DNA of 64,000 nucleotides from Hyphomicrobiales bacterium (GCA_031373545.1 JANMMT010000216.1:1978-65977); one strand, 5' to 3'. Positions 46,774 through 56,727 are shown, counted from the stretch's first letter. Numbers and translations are program-made. Notes: a model not told the origin generated them from the sequence alone.

Positions 46774-46870
46774 CGTCATTGCGAGCGCAGCGAAGCAATC
46801 CAGCACGATCTGTCAGCGTAGTATGCAGCCGCAAGCTTGGTTCTGGATTGCTTTGTTCCTCGCAATGACG
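46774..46870. repeat. Imperfect inverted repeat of the CGTCATTGCGAG...AAGCAATCCAG type (REP-like intergenic element)
   Basis: Left arm 46774-46803: CGTCATTGCGAGCGCAGCGAAGCAATCCAG. Right arm 46843-46870 is its near reverse complement, with 12 + 10 bp matching around a divergent core. When translated it yields the CFAALAMT / LLRCARNDG / HCEEQSNPE peptides, known as artefact ORFs of a widespread alphaproteobacterial repeat. Confidence 0.7.
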
Positions 46871-46891
46871 AGCGGGCGGAGCCATCGGCAC

Positions 46892-47113
46892 TCAGACATG
46901 CTGCGCGACTGTGAAGGTGGTCACGAGAGGTGTAGCAAAGTACTGCGCCGGAGATTCTTCGAGATATAATTCTACTGCTTCGCGCAAATTGATCAACGCG
47001 CTTTCGACTGTTTCACCCTCGGTGGTCGTGCCCGTTTCGGGGTTGAGGGCGATGTAGCCGCCCTCAACGGAGGGCATGAGAACCGCTGTCATTTGCATCG
47101 CAAGATGAGACAT
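46892..47113 (-). CDS. HicB-family antitoxin-like protein, no adjacent HicA
   Basis: ...MQMTAVLMPSVEGGYIALNPETGTTTEGETVESALINLREAVELYLEE fits the HicB/UPF0150 N-terminal fold pattern. The start is uncertain (47113, 47098 or 47092). The long form (47167) would overlap the guaA stop. Confidence 0.6.
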   Translation of the reverse strand: MSHLAMQMTAVLMPSVEGGYIALNPETGTTTEGETVESALINLREAVELYLEESPAQYFATPLVTTFTVAQHV

Positions 47114-47153
47114 ATAGGGAAGGCAACAGTTTGGGACGAAGGTCTCAAGTTCA

Positions 47154-48728
47154 TCACTCCCACTCAATCGTGCCCGGCGGCTTGCTGGTCACGTCATACA
47201 CCACCCGGTTGACCCCCTTCACCTCGTTGATGATGCGCGTGGCGCAGCGGCCGAGAAACGCCATGTCGTAGGGATAGAAATCCGCCGTCATGCCGTCCAC
47301 CGAGGTCACAGCGCGCAGGCCCAGCACGTGGTCGTAGGTGCGCCCATCGCCCATGACCCCCACGGTGCGCACGGGCAGCAGCACGGCGAAGGCCTGCCAA
47401 ATCGTATCGTAAAGTCCTGCTTTTCGGATTTCATCGAGATAGATCGCGTCAGCCTTGCGCAGGATATCGCATTTCTCCTGCGTGACTTCGCCCGGAATGC
47501 GGATGGCGAGGCCGGGACCGGGAAAAGGATGGCGGCCTACGAACGCCGCTGGCAAGCCAAGCTCGCGGCCCAGCGCGCGCACCTCATCCTTGAACAACTC
47601 TCGCAGGGGCTCCACCAGCTTCATGTTCATGCGCGCGGGCAGACCGCCCACATTGTGGTGGCTCTTGATGGTAACGGACGGCCCGCCGGAAAAGCTGACA
47701 CTCTCGATCACATCGGGATAGAGCGTCCCTTGGGCGAGAAACTCTGGCGCACCCTTGCCGTCACTTGCAATTTTCTTGGCTTCCGCATCGAACACATCAA
47801 TGAAGAGCCTGCCGATGGTCTTGCGCTTGGCTTCGGGGTCGGACACACCCGCCAATGCACCCAAAAACAGCGCGCTTGCATCCACCGCCACCAGCGGGAT
47901 GTTGTACGAGCCGCGAAACAGGTTCACGACCTCCTCGGTCTCGCCTTGGCGCATGAGCCCGTGATCGACGTAAACGCAGGTCAATTGATCGCCAATCGCC
48001 TCGTGGATCAGCACGGCGGCAACAGCTGAGTCGACCCCGCCCGACAGCCCGCAGATGACGCGGCCCGTGCCGACCTGCGCGCGGATTTTCGCCACCATTT
48101 CGGCGCGGTAAGCGGACATGGACCAATCGGGCGTGATGCCTGCGATTGTGGTCACAAAGTTGGCGATCAGCTTGACACCATCCGGCGTGTGCACCACCTC
48201 GGGGTGGAACATGGTGGTGTAGATGCGCCGCGCTTCATCGGAGGCAATCGCAAACGGCGCATTCTCGGAGGTGGCTTTCACCGTGAAGCCCTCGGGCAGC
48301 GCCGTCACGCGGTCGCCGTGGCTCATCCACACGGGGTAGCGCTGGCCCACCTGCCAGACCCCGTCGAACAGCGCGCTCTCGGCCTTGATCTCGATGTCGG
48401 CGCGGCCAAACTCCGCTGCATGGCCGCCCTCCACCGCGCCGCCCAACTGCACCGCTGTGGTCTGCTGGCCGTAGCAGATGGCCATGATCGGCAGGCCTGC
48501 GTCGAACACCGCTTGGGGCGCGCGCGGGCTCCCCGCCTCAGTCACGGAGGCTGGCCCGCCCGACAGGATCACCGCTTGGGGCTTGAGCGCATGAAAGGCC
48601 GCTTCGGCGTTCTGGAACGGATGGATTTCGCAATACACCCCCACTTCGCGCACACGCCGCGCGATGAGCTGTGTCACCTGCGAGCCAAAATCGATGATGA
48701 GGATGGTGTTGTGCGCGGGGGTTGTCAT
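47154..48728 (-). CDS. guaA: GMP synthase (glutamine-hydrolysing)
   Basis: [20 protein letters not shown]...ICYGQQ forms the GATase domain. SGGVDSAV is the PP-loop. The C-terminus ends KPPGTIEWE. Confidence 0.97.
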   Translation of the reverse strand: MTTPAHNTILIIDFGSQVTQLIARRVREVGVYCEIHPFQNAEAAFHALKPQAVILSGGPASVTEAGSPRAPQAVFDAGLPIMAICYGQQTTAVQLGGAVEGGHAAEFGRADIEIKAESALFDGVWQVGQRYPVWMSHGDRVTALPEGFTVKATSENAPFAIASDEARRIYTTMFHPEVVHTPDGVKLIANFVTTIAGITPDWSMSAYRAEMVAKIRAQVGTGRVICGLSGGVDSAVAAVLIHEAIGDQLTCVYVDHGLMRQGETEEVVNLFRGSYNIPLVAVDASALFLGALAGVSDPEAKRKTIGRLFIDVFDAEAKKIASDGKGAPEFLAQGTLYPDVIESVSFSGGPSVTIKSHHNVGGLPARMNMKLVEPLRELFKDEVRALGRELGLPAAFVGRHPFPGPGLAIRIPGEVTQEKCDILRKADAIYLDEIRKAGLYDTIWQAFAVLLPVRTVGVMGDGRTYDHVLGLRAVTSVDGMTADFYPYDMAFLGRCATRIINEVKGVNRVVYDVTSKPPGTIEWE

Positions 48729-48829
48729 GCTTCAAGCGTTTAGTCGCGAAGGCTGTGCTGGGCAACGCCGGGGCTTGATCATTGCTCCACATAAGCACAG
48801 AGAAATTCCCAGCGCACCGGAGCAGATCC

Positions 48830-49750
48830 ATGTTCGACCCCGCCTCCCCTTACCCGCGTGATCTGAGCGGCTATGGCCGCACCACGCCGGACCCCAAATG
48901 GCCGGGCAAGGCGCGCATCGCGGTGCAGTTCGTCATCAATTATGAGGAGGGCGGCGAGAACTGCCTGCTGCACGGGGATGCGGCCTCGGAGGCCTTCCTC
49001 TCCGAGATCGTGGGCGCGACGGCCTGGCCGGGCCAGCGGCACATGAATATGGAATCGATCTATGAATACGGCGGGCGGGCGGGCTTCTGGCGGCTGTGGC
49101 GCATCTTTACGCAGCGCAAGTTGCCCGTGACGGTCTACGGCGTCGCCACCGCACTGATGCGCTCGCCCGAACAGGTCGCGGCCATGCAAGAAGCGGGCTG
49201 GGAGATCGCCACCCACGGCCTGAAATGGATCGATTACAAGGATTTTGCCCGCACCGACGAAGCGCATCACATCGCCGAAGCCGTGCGCATCCACACCGAG
49301 GTGACGGGGGCACGCCCGCTGGGGTTCTATCAGGGGCGCTGCTCGGCAAACACGCTTGCGCTGGCGATAGAAGACGGAGGCTTTGAATACTCCGCGGACA
49401 GCTACGCCGATGACCTGCCCTATTACATCAAAGGGCCGCAAGGGCCGCACCTGATCGTGCCCTACACGCTCGATGCCAACGACATGCGCTTTGCCACGCC
49501 GCAGGGCTTCAACGCTGGGGATCAATTTTTCACCTATCTCAAAGATACGTTCGATGGGCTTTACGCCGAAGGACGCGCGGGGCAGGCGAAGATGATGTCC
49601 ATCGGTCTGCATTGCCGCCTTGTGGGGCGGCCAGGGCGCGCGCAGGCGCTGGTGCGGTTTCTTGACTATGTGGAGAAGCACAACAAGGTGTGGGTGGCGA
49701 GCCGGCTCGACATCGCGCGGCATTGGCGCCGGGTGCATCCGGCGGAATGA
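48830..49750 (+). CDS. puuE: Polysaccharide-deacetylase-fold allantoinase (PuuE-type urate catabolism protein)
   Basis: From ATG 48830: MFDPASPYPRDLSGYGRTTPDPKWPGKARIAVQFVINYEEGGENCLLHGD...HGLKWIDY...PYTLDANDMRF, as in PuuE. Confidence 0.8.
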   Translation: MFDPASPYPRDLSGYGRTTPDPKWPGKARIAVQFVINYEEGGENCLLHGDAASEAFLSEIVGATAWPGQRHMNMESIYEYGGRAGFWRLWRIFTQRKLPVTVYGVATALMRSPEQVAAMQEAGWEIATHGLKWIDYKDFARTDEAHHIAEAVRIHTEVTGARPLGFYQGRCSANTLALAIEDGGFEYSADSYADDLPYYIKGPQGPHLIVPYTLDANDMRFATPQGFNAGDQFFTYLKDTFDGLYAEGRAGQAKMMSIGLHCRLVGRPGRAQALVRFLDYVEKHNKVWVASRLDIARHWRRVHPAE

Positions 49751-50763
49751 CCGATGTGATAAACAAGGCAAGGAAACCGCTCGCGCTCACCATGGGCGAG
49801 CCAGCGGGCATTGGCGGCGAAATTACGCTCAAAGCCTGGGCAGCCTTGCGCGAAAGTGGGCCCGTGTTTGTGGCGCTGGATGATCCGGCGCGGCTGGAGC
49901 AGATCAGCCAGGTGCTCGGCTTCGGTGTGCCGATCCGGACGGTGCAAACCATGGCGGAAGGCGCGGCGGTTTTCGGCGATGCGCTGCCTGTGCTGGCGCA
50001 GCCGCTAAGCGCGCCCGCATTGGCAGGCAAGCCTGATCCCGCTCATGCGCCTGCCATCATCGGCTCCATCCGCCTTGGCGTTGAGCTGGCGCAGGCGGCC
50101 AAAGCAGCGGGCGTTGTCACCAACCCGATTCAGAAATCGAACCTGACCGCCGCTGGCTTCCAATTTCCCGGCCACACGGAGTATCTGGAGCATCTGGCTG
50201 GCGAAGGGTTTCACGCACAAATGATGCTGGCGGGGCGCGGCCTGCGCGTGGTGCTGGTGACGGTGCATGAGCCACTGCGCCAAGCCATCGCGCGGCTGAC
50301 GACGGACATGATCGTGGATTCGGGCCTGCGCGCGGCTAAATCCTTGCGCCAAGAGATAGGCATCATGAACCCGCGCATCGCCGTGGCTGGGCTCAACCCC
50401 CATGCGGGCGAAAACGGCACGCTGGGCGCAGAAGATGACGCCATCGTCGCGCCAGCCGTGCGCGCCCTGCAGGCGGCGGGGATCCGCGCCTTCGGACCGC
50501 TGCCGCCCGACACCATGTTCACCAGCGCGGCCCGCAAGGGTTATGACTGCGCGCTCTGCCTCTACCATGATCAGGGGCTGATCCCGCTCAAAACCCTCGA
50601 CATGATGGGCGGCGTCAACGTGACGCTGGGTCTGCCCTTCGTGCGGACCTCGCCAGACCATGGCACTGCGCTCGATATTGCTGGTAAAGGGGTGGCGAAA
50701 GCATCCAGCCTGATCGCGGCCCTGCGCATGGCGGCCCAACTGGCGGCACACAGACAGATATAG
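49747..50763 (+). CDS. pdxA: 4-hydroxythreonine-4-phosphate dehydrogenase
   Basis: ATG overlaps the puuE stop (ATGA). LALTMGEPAGIGGEI...FPGHTEYL...NPHAGENG...YHDQGLIPLK...VRTSPDHGTA. Confidence 0.93.
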   Translation: MTDVINKARKPLALTMGEPAGIGGEITLKAWAALRESGPVFVALDDPARLEQISQVLGFGVPIRTVQTMAEGAAVFGDALPVLAQPLSAPALAGKPDPAHAPAIIGSIRLGVELAQAAKAAGVVTNPIQKSNLTAAGFQFPGHTEYLEHLAGEGFHAQMMLAGRGLRVVLVTVHEPLRQAIARLTTDMIVDSGLRAAKSLRQEIGIMNPRIAVAGLNPHAGENGTLGAEDDAIVAPAVRALQAAGIRAFGPLPPDTMFTSAARKGYDCALCLYHDQGLIPLKTLDMMGGVNVTLGLPFVRTSPDHGTALDIAGKGVAKASSLIAALRMAAQLAAHRQI

Positions 50764-50769
50764 GGAAGC

Positions 50770-51504
50770 GTGATGAAACATCTCCGCCTCGGCATCAACG
50801 TGGATCATGTGGGCACTGTGCGCAATGCGCGGGGCGGCACGCATCCTGACCCGGTGCGCGCGGCACTGGCGGCCATCGAGGCGGGGGCGGATGGCATCAC
50901 CATTCATTTGCGCGAAGACCGCCGCCACATCATCGACAGTGATCTCACGCGCTTGAGCGCCGTGCTGAATGCGCCGATCAACCTTGAAATGGCGGCCACC
51001 GAAGAGATGCTCGCCATCGCGCTCGCACTCAAGCCCCATGCGGTGTGCCTTGTGCCCGAAAAGCGCACGGAGGTAACGACCGAAGGCGGGCTGGATGTGG
51101 CCGCGCAGCAGGCCATGCTGACACCCTACGTGAGCCAACTGGCGGCAGCGGGCCTGCGCGTGTCGTTGTTCATTGATCCCGATGCGCATCAGTTGGAAGC
51201 CTCCAGAGCCGTGGGGGCTGCCGTGGTGGAACTGCATACGGGGGCTTATGCCCATGCCACAGGCACGGCGCGCAAGGCCGAGTTGGCGCGTCTGGAAAAT
51301 GGCGCGCGCATGGCAGCGGCTCTGGGCCTGGAATGCCACGCAGGCCACGGGTTGGACTATGACAACGTGGGCGCGATCGCTGCCATCGGTGACGTGGTGG
51401 AGCTGAACATCGGACACTTCCTCATGGGCGAGGCGCTGTTTGTGGGCCTGCCTGCCGCCATCCGCACCATGCGGGCCGAGATGGACCGGGGGCGTCAATC
51501 CTAG
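50770..51504 (+). CDS. pdxJ: Pyridoxine 5'-phosphate synthase
   Basis: [23 protein letters not shown]...[13 protein letters not shown]...[18 protein letters not shown]...ELHTG. Confidence 0.95.
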   Translation: MMKHLRLGINVDHVGTVRNARGGTHPDPVRAALAAIEAGADGITIHLREDRRHIIDSDLTRLSAVLNAPINLEMAATEEMLAIALALKPHAVCLVPEKRTEVTTEGGLDVAAQQAMLTPYVSQLAAAGLRVSLFIDPDAHQLEASRAVGAAVVELHTGAYAHATGTARKAELARLENGARMAAALGLECHAGHGLDYDNVGAIAAIGDVVELNIGHFLMGEALFVGLPAAIRTMRAEMDRGRQS

Positions 51505-52730
51505 GCTTTGCCCGCCGTCCGGTTCAATCGCGCAAAGCCCTTGGCGAGATCGCGCTTGAGATCGACGTTGGCCTCAAGGCCGATCTGCATGCGGATGCAA
51601 GGGCCGCCCGGATCAAAGCGCGTGGTCGTGCGGTAGTCCGAACAATCGAAGGGCACCACGAGGCTCTCGTATCCTCCCCAGGAGAAGCCCATGCCGAAGA
51701 GGGACAGCCCGTTGAGCATGGCCTCCACCGCCTCCCTCGGCGCGGGATTGAGCACAACCGAGAACAGGCTGGACGAGCCCTTGAAATCGCGCTTCCAAAT
51801 CGCGTGGCCGGGATCATCAGGCAGCGCGGGGTGGAGCACGCGCAGCACTTCAGGCCGCTTTTGAAACCAGCGGGCCATATCCAGCGTCTTTTTCTCCTGC
51901 TCTTTCAAACGCAGTGCCATGGTGCGCAGGCCGCGCAGGCCGAGCCACACATCTTCCGGACTTGGGCAGCAGCCAAAATGGATGAAGGTCTCGCGCAGTT
52001 GCTTCCAGCAGCGCGGGCTGGCGGAAATCATGCCCAGCAGAATATCCGAATGGCCACCGAGATATTTCGTGCCCGCCTCGATGGCGAGGTCCACGCCGCG
52101 CTCATGGGGCGGAAACAGCAGCGGCGTCGCCCAGGTGTTGTCCATCAGCACCACCGCGCCCTTGGCATGCGCCACAGCGGCGATGGCAGGGATGTCCTGC
52201 ATCTCGAAGGTCTGCGAGCCCGGCGCCTCGGTGTGCACAGCCGCCGTGTTGGGGCGAAACAACTTGGCGATGCCCGCGCCGATCAACGGATCGTAATATT
52301 CCGTCTCAACGCCCATGCGCCTCAGCACCCCCTCACAGAACTGCCGCGCCGGGCGATACACCGAATCGGGCACCAGAAAATGGTCGCCCGCCTTGAGGCA
52401 GGACATGAAGGCAATGGTGACCGCCGCCAATCCCGAGGGCACCAGCACGGTGCCAGCTGCGCCTGCCAGTTCCGTCCAGGCCTTTTCCAACGCCTCGGTG
52501 GTGGGCGTGCCGTGGGTGCCATAGACAAAGCGAGACTCAGCCCGGCTGTTCAGCGCCGCGACGGTGGGTTTGAGCACCGTGGAACCACGATAGATCGGCG
52601 TGTTGACGAAGCCGAACTGCTCATCAGGGTTACGCCCGCCGAGCACGAGCTTGGTGGTGATGTCGAGCTTGGCGTGATCCTGGGCTTTGAGCTTGCGCAT
52701 GAGATGTGTTGGCTTCCACTGGATTTGCAC
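51501..52730 (-). CDS. metC: Cystathionine beta-lyase (Cys/Met PLP family)
   Basis: [27 protein letters not shown]...PSGLAAVT...DNTWATP...TKYLGGHSD (PLP lysine). The start could instead be 52700. Confidence 0.88.
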   Translation of the reverse strand: MQIQWKPTHLMRKLKAQDHAKLDITTKLVLGGRNPDEQFGFVNTPIYRGSTVLKPTVAALNSRAESRFVYGTHGTPTTEALEKAWTELAGAAGTVLVPSGLAAVTIAFMSCLKAGDHFLVPDSVYRPARQFCEGVLRRMGVETEYYDPLIGAGIAKLFRPNTAAVHTEAPGSQTFEMQDIPAIAAVAHAKGAVVLMDNTWATPLLFPPHERGVDLAIEAGTKYLGGHSDILLGMISASPRCWKQLRETFIHFGCCPSPEDVWLGLRGLRTMALRLKEQEKKTLDMARWFQKRPEVLRVLHPALPDDPGHAIWKRDFKGSSSLFSVVLNPAPREAVEAMLNGLSLFGMGFSWGGYESLVVPFDCSDYRTTTRFDPGGPCIRMQIGLEANVDLKRDLAKGFARLNRTAGKA

Positions 52731-53130
52731 GGTCGGAAGAGAGATTCAGGCTCTCCCCAAGAGATTAGGCGGCTGGCAGATCGCAATCAACGGCTTTGCC
52801 CACAGAAGGACTTGACCACACAGGCCTTTGTCGGCTGTGATGCAAATTCGTGATGGCGTCGATCAGGATCAATGATGATCCGGCACGCGCCGTTGTGAAA
52901 CAGGAACATTAAACCGGCAGGTCGTGACAAGCCCATGCGGCAGACACATGACCCGCATGGGAATTGCGAGTGGAACAAATGCGCGTCAGTGCCCTGCATG
53001 GACATCAATTTCATGCCAAGGACCCTTGATGTTTGCGCCAACTCCCCTCGTTTACCCCAAGGTTTCAGGGGAACCTGAACTTCACGCCGCACCCGGATCA
53101 TCCGGGCGGCTCAACCCAAGGTGATTCTAC

Positions 53131-54153
53131 ATGAAACGACTTCTCGCAACTGTTGCTGGCCTCGTGATCGGCCTTGGCGCCACGGCTGCCATGGCGCAGA
53201 CGCGCTCCACCCTCGACACCGTCAAGACCCGCGGCATGCTCAACTGCGGCTCCAACACCGGTCTTGCCGGCTTTGGCCAGCCTGATGCGCAGGGCAACTG
53301 GACTGGGCTCGACGTCGAGTTCTGCCGCGCGGTGGCATCAGCCATCTTCAACGATCCGACCAAGGTGAAGTTCGAGCCCCTTTCGGCCCGTGACCGGTTC
53401 ACCTCCCTGCAGTCCGGCCAGATCGACGTGCTGGCCCGCAATTCGACCTGGACGCTGTCGCGCGATACGTCGCTGGGTTTGAACTTCGTGGCCGTCAATT
53501 ATTATGATGGGCAGGGTTTTCTGGTGAAGAAAGCCTTGCGCGTGGCATCGGCCAAGGAACTCTCGGGTGCATCGATCTGCGTGCAGCAGGGCACGACGAC
53601 CGAACTCAACCTCGCCGACTTCTTCCGTGCCAACCGTATGGAATTGAAGTCTGTCACCTTTGCCACGGCGGATGAGACCATCAAGGCCTATGATGCCGGC
53701 CGCTGTGATGCCTTCACCACCGACGCCTCGGGCCTCTATGCCGAGCGTATCCGCCTCGCCAAGCCCGACGATCACATGGTTCTGCCGGAAATCATCTCCA
53801 AGGAGCCCCTCGGACCGGTGGTACGCCATGGTGACGACCAGTGGCACGACATCATCTCCTGGACGCACTATGCCATGCTGACAGCCGAAGAACTCGGCGT
53901 GACCAAGGCGAATGTGGACGAGCAGATGAAGTCCGCCAACCCGGACATCAAGCGCCTGCTGGGCACCGAAGGCAAGTTCGGCGAAATGCTGGGCCTCACC
54001 AACGACTGGGCTTACCGGATCATCAAGAACGTCGGCAACTACTCCGAGAGTTTCGAACGCACGGTCGGTCAGGGCTCGCCGCTCAAGATCAGCCGCGGCG
54101 TGAACAACCTCTGGAACAAGGGCGGCCTGCAATACGCCCCGCCCGTTCGCTGA
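53131..54153 (+). CDS. aapJ: General L-amino acid ABC transporter substrate-binding protein
   Basis: Near-colinear with the Rhizobium AapJ as I recall it: LDTVKTRGMLNCGSNTGLAGF...DVEFCRAVASAIFNDPTKVKF...ICVQQGTTTELNLADFF...LWNKGGLQYAPPVR. Confidence 0.92.
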   Translation: MKRLLATVAGLVIGLGATAAMAQTRSTLDTVKTRGMLNCGSNTGLAGFGQPDAQGNWTGLDVEFCRAVASAIFNDPTKVKFEPLSARDRFTSLQSGQIDVLARNSTWTLSRDTSLGLNFVAVNYYDGQGFLVKKALRVASAKELSGASICVQQGTTTELNLADFFRANRMELKSVTFATADETIKAYDAGRCDAFTTDASGLYAERIRLAKPDDHMVLPEIISKEPLGPVVRHGDDQWHDIISWTHYAMLTAEELGVTKANVDEQMKSANPDIKRLLGTEGKFGEMLGLTNDWAYRIIKNVGNYSESFERTVGQGSPLKISRGVNNLWNKGGLQYAPPVR

Positions 54154-54308
54154 GCTGAACCACCACAGGGCGCGGGGGAAGATCTCCCCGCGCCTTTTTC
54201 TGATTACGAGCCAGAATTGGCCTGGATATTGCTGTGTTTATTGTGCGGACGGGGGCAACGTCGGCATCTATTTCAGGGGGATGTTGCGTGACAGATGCAT
54301 CGATCAGC

Positions 54309-55511
54309 ATGCGAGGCGAGGTGCAGAAGCCCAAGGTCTCGCCGCTCTATGATCCGAAGGTGCGCAGCATCTTCTTCCAGGTGGCTCTCTGCCTCTTCAT
54401 TTTCTGGCTGTTCTACGAAGCCTACAGCAATGCCGTCGATAACCTGCGGCGCGCGAAGATCGCCTCTGGTCTTGGTTTCTGGGACAGCGCAGCGGGGTTT
54501 CCCATCAGCCAATCGCTGATCCGCTATTCGGAAGATCCGTCGGTCTTCGGTGCTGCGTTTTCATCCTATGGTCGCGCCTTCTGGGTGGGCCTGCTGAACA
54601 CGCTGCTGGTGGCGGGTATCGGGATCGTGCTGGCCACCATCCTGGGCTTTTCGGTGGGAGTGGCGCGCCTGTCCAAGAACTATCTCGTGGCCAAGATCGC
54701 CTATTGGTACGTGGAGATCGTGCGCAATCTGCCGCTGCTGCTGCAATTGCTGTTCTGGTACAATGCGGTGGTGAAAGCGCTGCCTGCGGTGGTGGACAGT
54801 CTGGCCTTCCGCCAGAGCATCTTTCTCAACAACCGAGGGCTGTTCGTGCCCGCGCCCATCACGGGGGACACCTTCTGGATTACCGGCATCGTGTTCTGGC
54901 TTGGGGTGCTGGGCGCGCTGTTCTATCGCTCCTACGCCAAGAAAAAGCAGGAGAAGACCGGCGAGCAATCCCCGGTTCTGATGATGACTCTCGGGCTGGT
55001 GTTTGGCCTGCCCTTCCTGGTGTTTGCACTTTCGGGCTTTCCGATGACCTTCGAATATCCCTCCGCCACGCGCTTTAACATCGGCGGCGGCATCTCTGTG
55101 CAGCCCGAGTTTCTGGCGTTGCTGTTCGGCCTTGTCATCTACACCGCCGGCTTCATCGCCGAAGCGGTGCGGGCTGGCATTCTGGCTGTGTCGAAGGGGC
55201 AGACCGAAGCGGCCATGGCGCTGGGCATCAAGCCCAAGCTGACGCTCAATCTGGTGGTGATACCACAGGCGTTGCGGGTGATCATTCCGCCTCTGACCAG
55301 CCACTACCTCAACCTCACCAAGAATTCCTCGCTCGCGGTGTTCGTGGGCTACCCGGATCTCGTGAACATTTTCACGGGCACGGTGCTGAACCAGACCGGG
55401 CAGGCTATCGAAGTCGTGGCCATTACCATGCTCGTCTACCTCACCATCTCGCTCACCACATCGATGTTCATGAACTGGTACAACACGCGCAAAGCGCTGG
55501 TTGAGCGCTGA
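54309..55511 (+). CDS. aapQ: General L-amino acid ABC transporter permease
   Basis: ATG 54309 gives a 400-aa polytopic permease with an EAA loop (GQTEAAMALGIKPKLTLNLVVIPQALR). The track ORF begins upstream at 54234. Confidence 0.9.
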   Translation: MRGEVQKPKVSPLYDPKVRSIFFQVALCLFIFWLFYEAYSNAVDNLRRAKIASGLGFWDSAAGFPISQSLIRYSEDPSVFGAAFSSYGRAFWVGLLNTLLVAGIGIVLATILGFSVGVARLSKNYLVAKIAYWYVEIVRNLPLLLQLLFWYNAVVKALPAVVDSLAFRQSIFLNNRGLFVPAPITGDTFWITGIVFWLGVLGALFYRSYAKKKQEKTGEQSPVLMMTLGLVFGLPFLVFALSGFPMTFEYPSATRFNIGGGISVQPEFLALLFGLVIYTAGFIAEAVRAGILAVSKGQTEAAMALGIKPKLTLNLVVIPQALRVIIPPLTSHYLNLTKNSSLAVFVGYPDLVNIFTGTVLNQTGQAIEVVAITMLVYLTISLTTSMFMNWYNTRKALVER

Positions 55512-55524
55512 GGGGCGAGGGACA

Positions 55525-56700
55525 ATGACCGACATGACCGCCCCCCCGCCCCCTTCTTCCAGGCAACCCGCGCCGGCCGCCTACATCCGGCACAATGCCG
55601 CAGAGGTTCTGCCTCCGCCCATGGCGGTGTCCGGGCCGATGGCGTGGATCAGGGACAACCTGATTTCCTCGCCGTTCAACGTGGCGATGACGCTGCTGTC
55701 GGCCTTTCTGCTCTACTGGATTTTCGTGCCGCTGCTGAGTTTTGGCGTGTTTAACGCAGTGTGGAACGGCACGGACCGCGAGGCCTGCATCATCACGGCG
55801 GCGCGCCCCACGGTGGGCGCTTGCTGGCCGTTCGTCTTTGAGCGGTTTCAATACTTCGTCTATGGCTCCTATCCGGTGGAGGAGCGCTGGCGACCGACGA
55901 TCTTTTTTGTGCTGCTGATCATCTCGATTGTCTGGGTGATGCGCCTCACGGCGCCGCGCCGCGACATCGGCATGCTCTTCGCCTTCGTGTTTACGCCGCT
56001 GGTGTCGTGGTGGCTGCTCTCGGGCGGCTGGGGCCTGAGGCCCGTGCCCACCAACCTGTGGGGCGGCATCCTGATCTCGATGATCGTCGCCTCGGTCGGC
56101 ATCGTGTTCTCGCTGCCTTTCGGCATCCTGCTGGCGCTGGGGCGACGCTCGAAAATGCCCATCGTCAAGCTGTTTTCGGTGGCGCTGATCGAGTTCGTGC
56201 GCGGCGTGCCCTTCATCACCGTGCTGTTCATGGCCTCCAACATGCTGCCGTTGTTCGTGCCCGAGCAATATGCCCCGGACAAGCTGATGCGCGCGCTCAT
56301 CGCCGCCGTGATCTTCGCCTCCGCCTACATGGCCGAGGTAGTGCGCGCGGGCCTGCAAGCGCTGCCCAAAGGGCAATACGAGGGCGCGATGGCCATGGGC
56401 CTTGGCTACTGGCAGATGATGCGCCTCATCATCCTGCCCCAGGCGCTGAAGGTGACGATCCCCAACATCGTCAACACCTACATCGGCCTGTTCAAGGACA
56501 CGACCCTGGTGGTGGTGGTCGGCCTCTTCGACTTCCTCAAGACCATCGAGGCCTCGCGCATTGATCCCAAATGGGCCGCCCCCACCACGTCGGCGACGGG
56601 CTATCTCTTCGCCGCCATCTTCTATTTCATCTGCTGCTATCTCATGTCGCGCTACGCGAAGGCCACCGAAGAGCGGCTTGCCAAGGCCGACAAGCGCTAG
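55525..56700 (+). CDS. aapM: General L-amino acid ABC transporter permease
   Basis: ATG 55525 follows GAGGGGCGAGGG. Polytopic permease with an EAA loop (GQYEGAMAMGLGYWQMMRLIILPQALK). Confidence 0.9.
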   Translation: MTDMTAPPPPSSRQPAPAAYIRHNAAEVLPPPMAVSGPMAWIRDNLISSPFNVAMTLLSAFLLYWIFVPLLSFGVFNAVWNGTDREACIITAARPTVGACWPFVFERFQYFVYGSYPVEERWRPTIFFVLLIISIVWVMRLTAPRRDIGMLFAFVFTPLVSWWLLSGGWGLRPVPTNLWGGILISMIVASVGIVFSLPFGILLALGRRSKMPIVKLFSVALIEFVRGVPFITVLFMASNMLPLFVPEQYAPDKLMRALIAAVIFASAYMAEVVRAGLQALPKGQYEGAMAMGLGYWQMMRLIILPQALKVTIPNIVNTYIGLFKDTTLVVVVGLFDFLKTIEASRIDPKWAAPTTSATGYLFAAIFYFICCYLMSRYAKATEERLAKADKR

Positions 56701-56727
56701 AACCAATTCGCATCAAGGGGAAATCAC

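Noticed and set aside
46573-46891. ORFs 46573..46806 and 46598..46891 (minus) and 46754..46969 (plus) downstream of vapC
   Set aside because: They are translations of the REP-like inverted repeat (CFAALAMT, LLRCARNDG, HCEEQSNPE, VIASAAKQSS). These are known artefact peptides of this repeat family, and the ORFs also overlap vapC or hicB.
52787-53101. 104-aa minus-strand ORF in the metC-aapJ spacer
   Set aside because: It has no RBS and a Cys/His-rich irregular composition with no recognisable family. I treat the region as non-coding; see the finding on this spacer.
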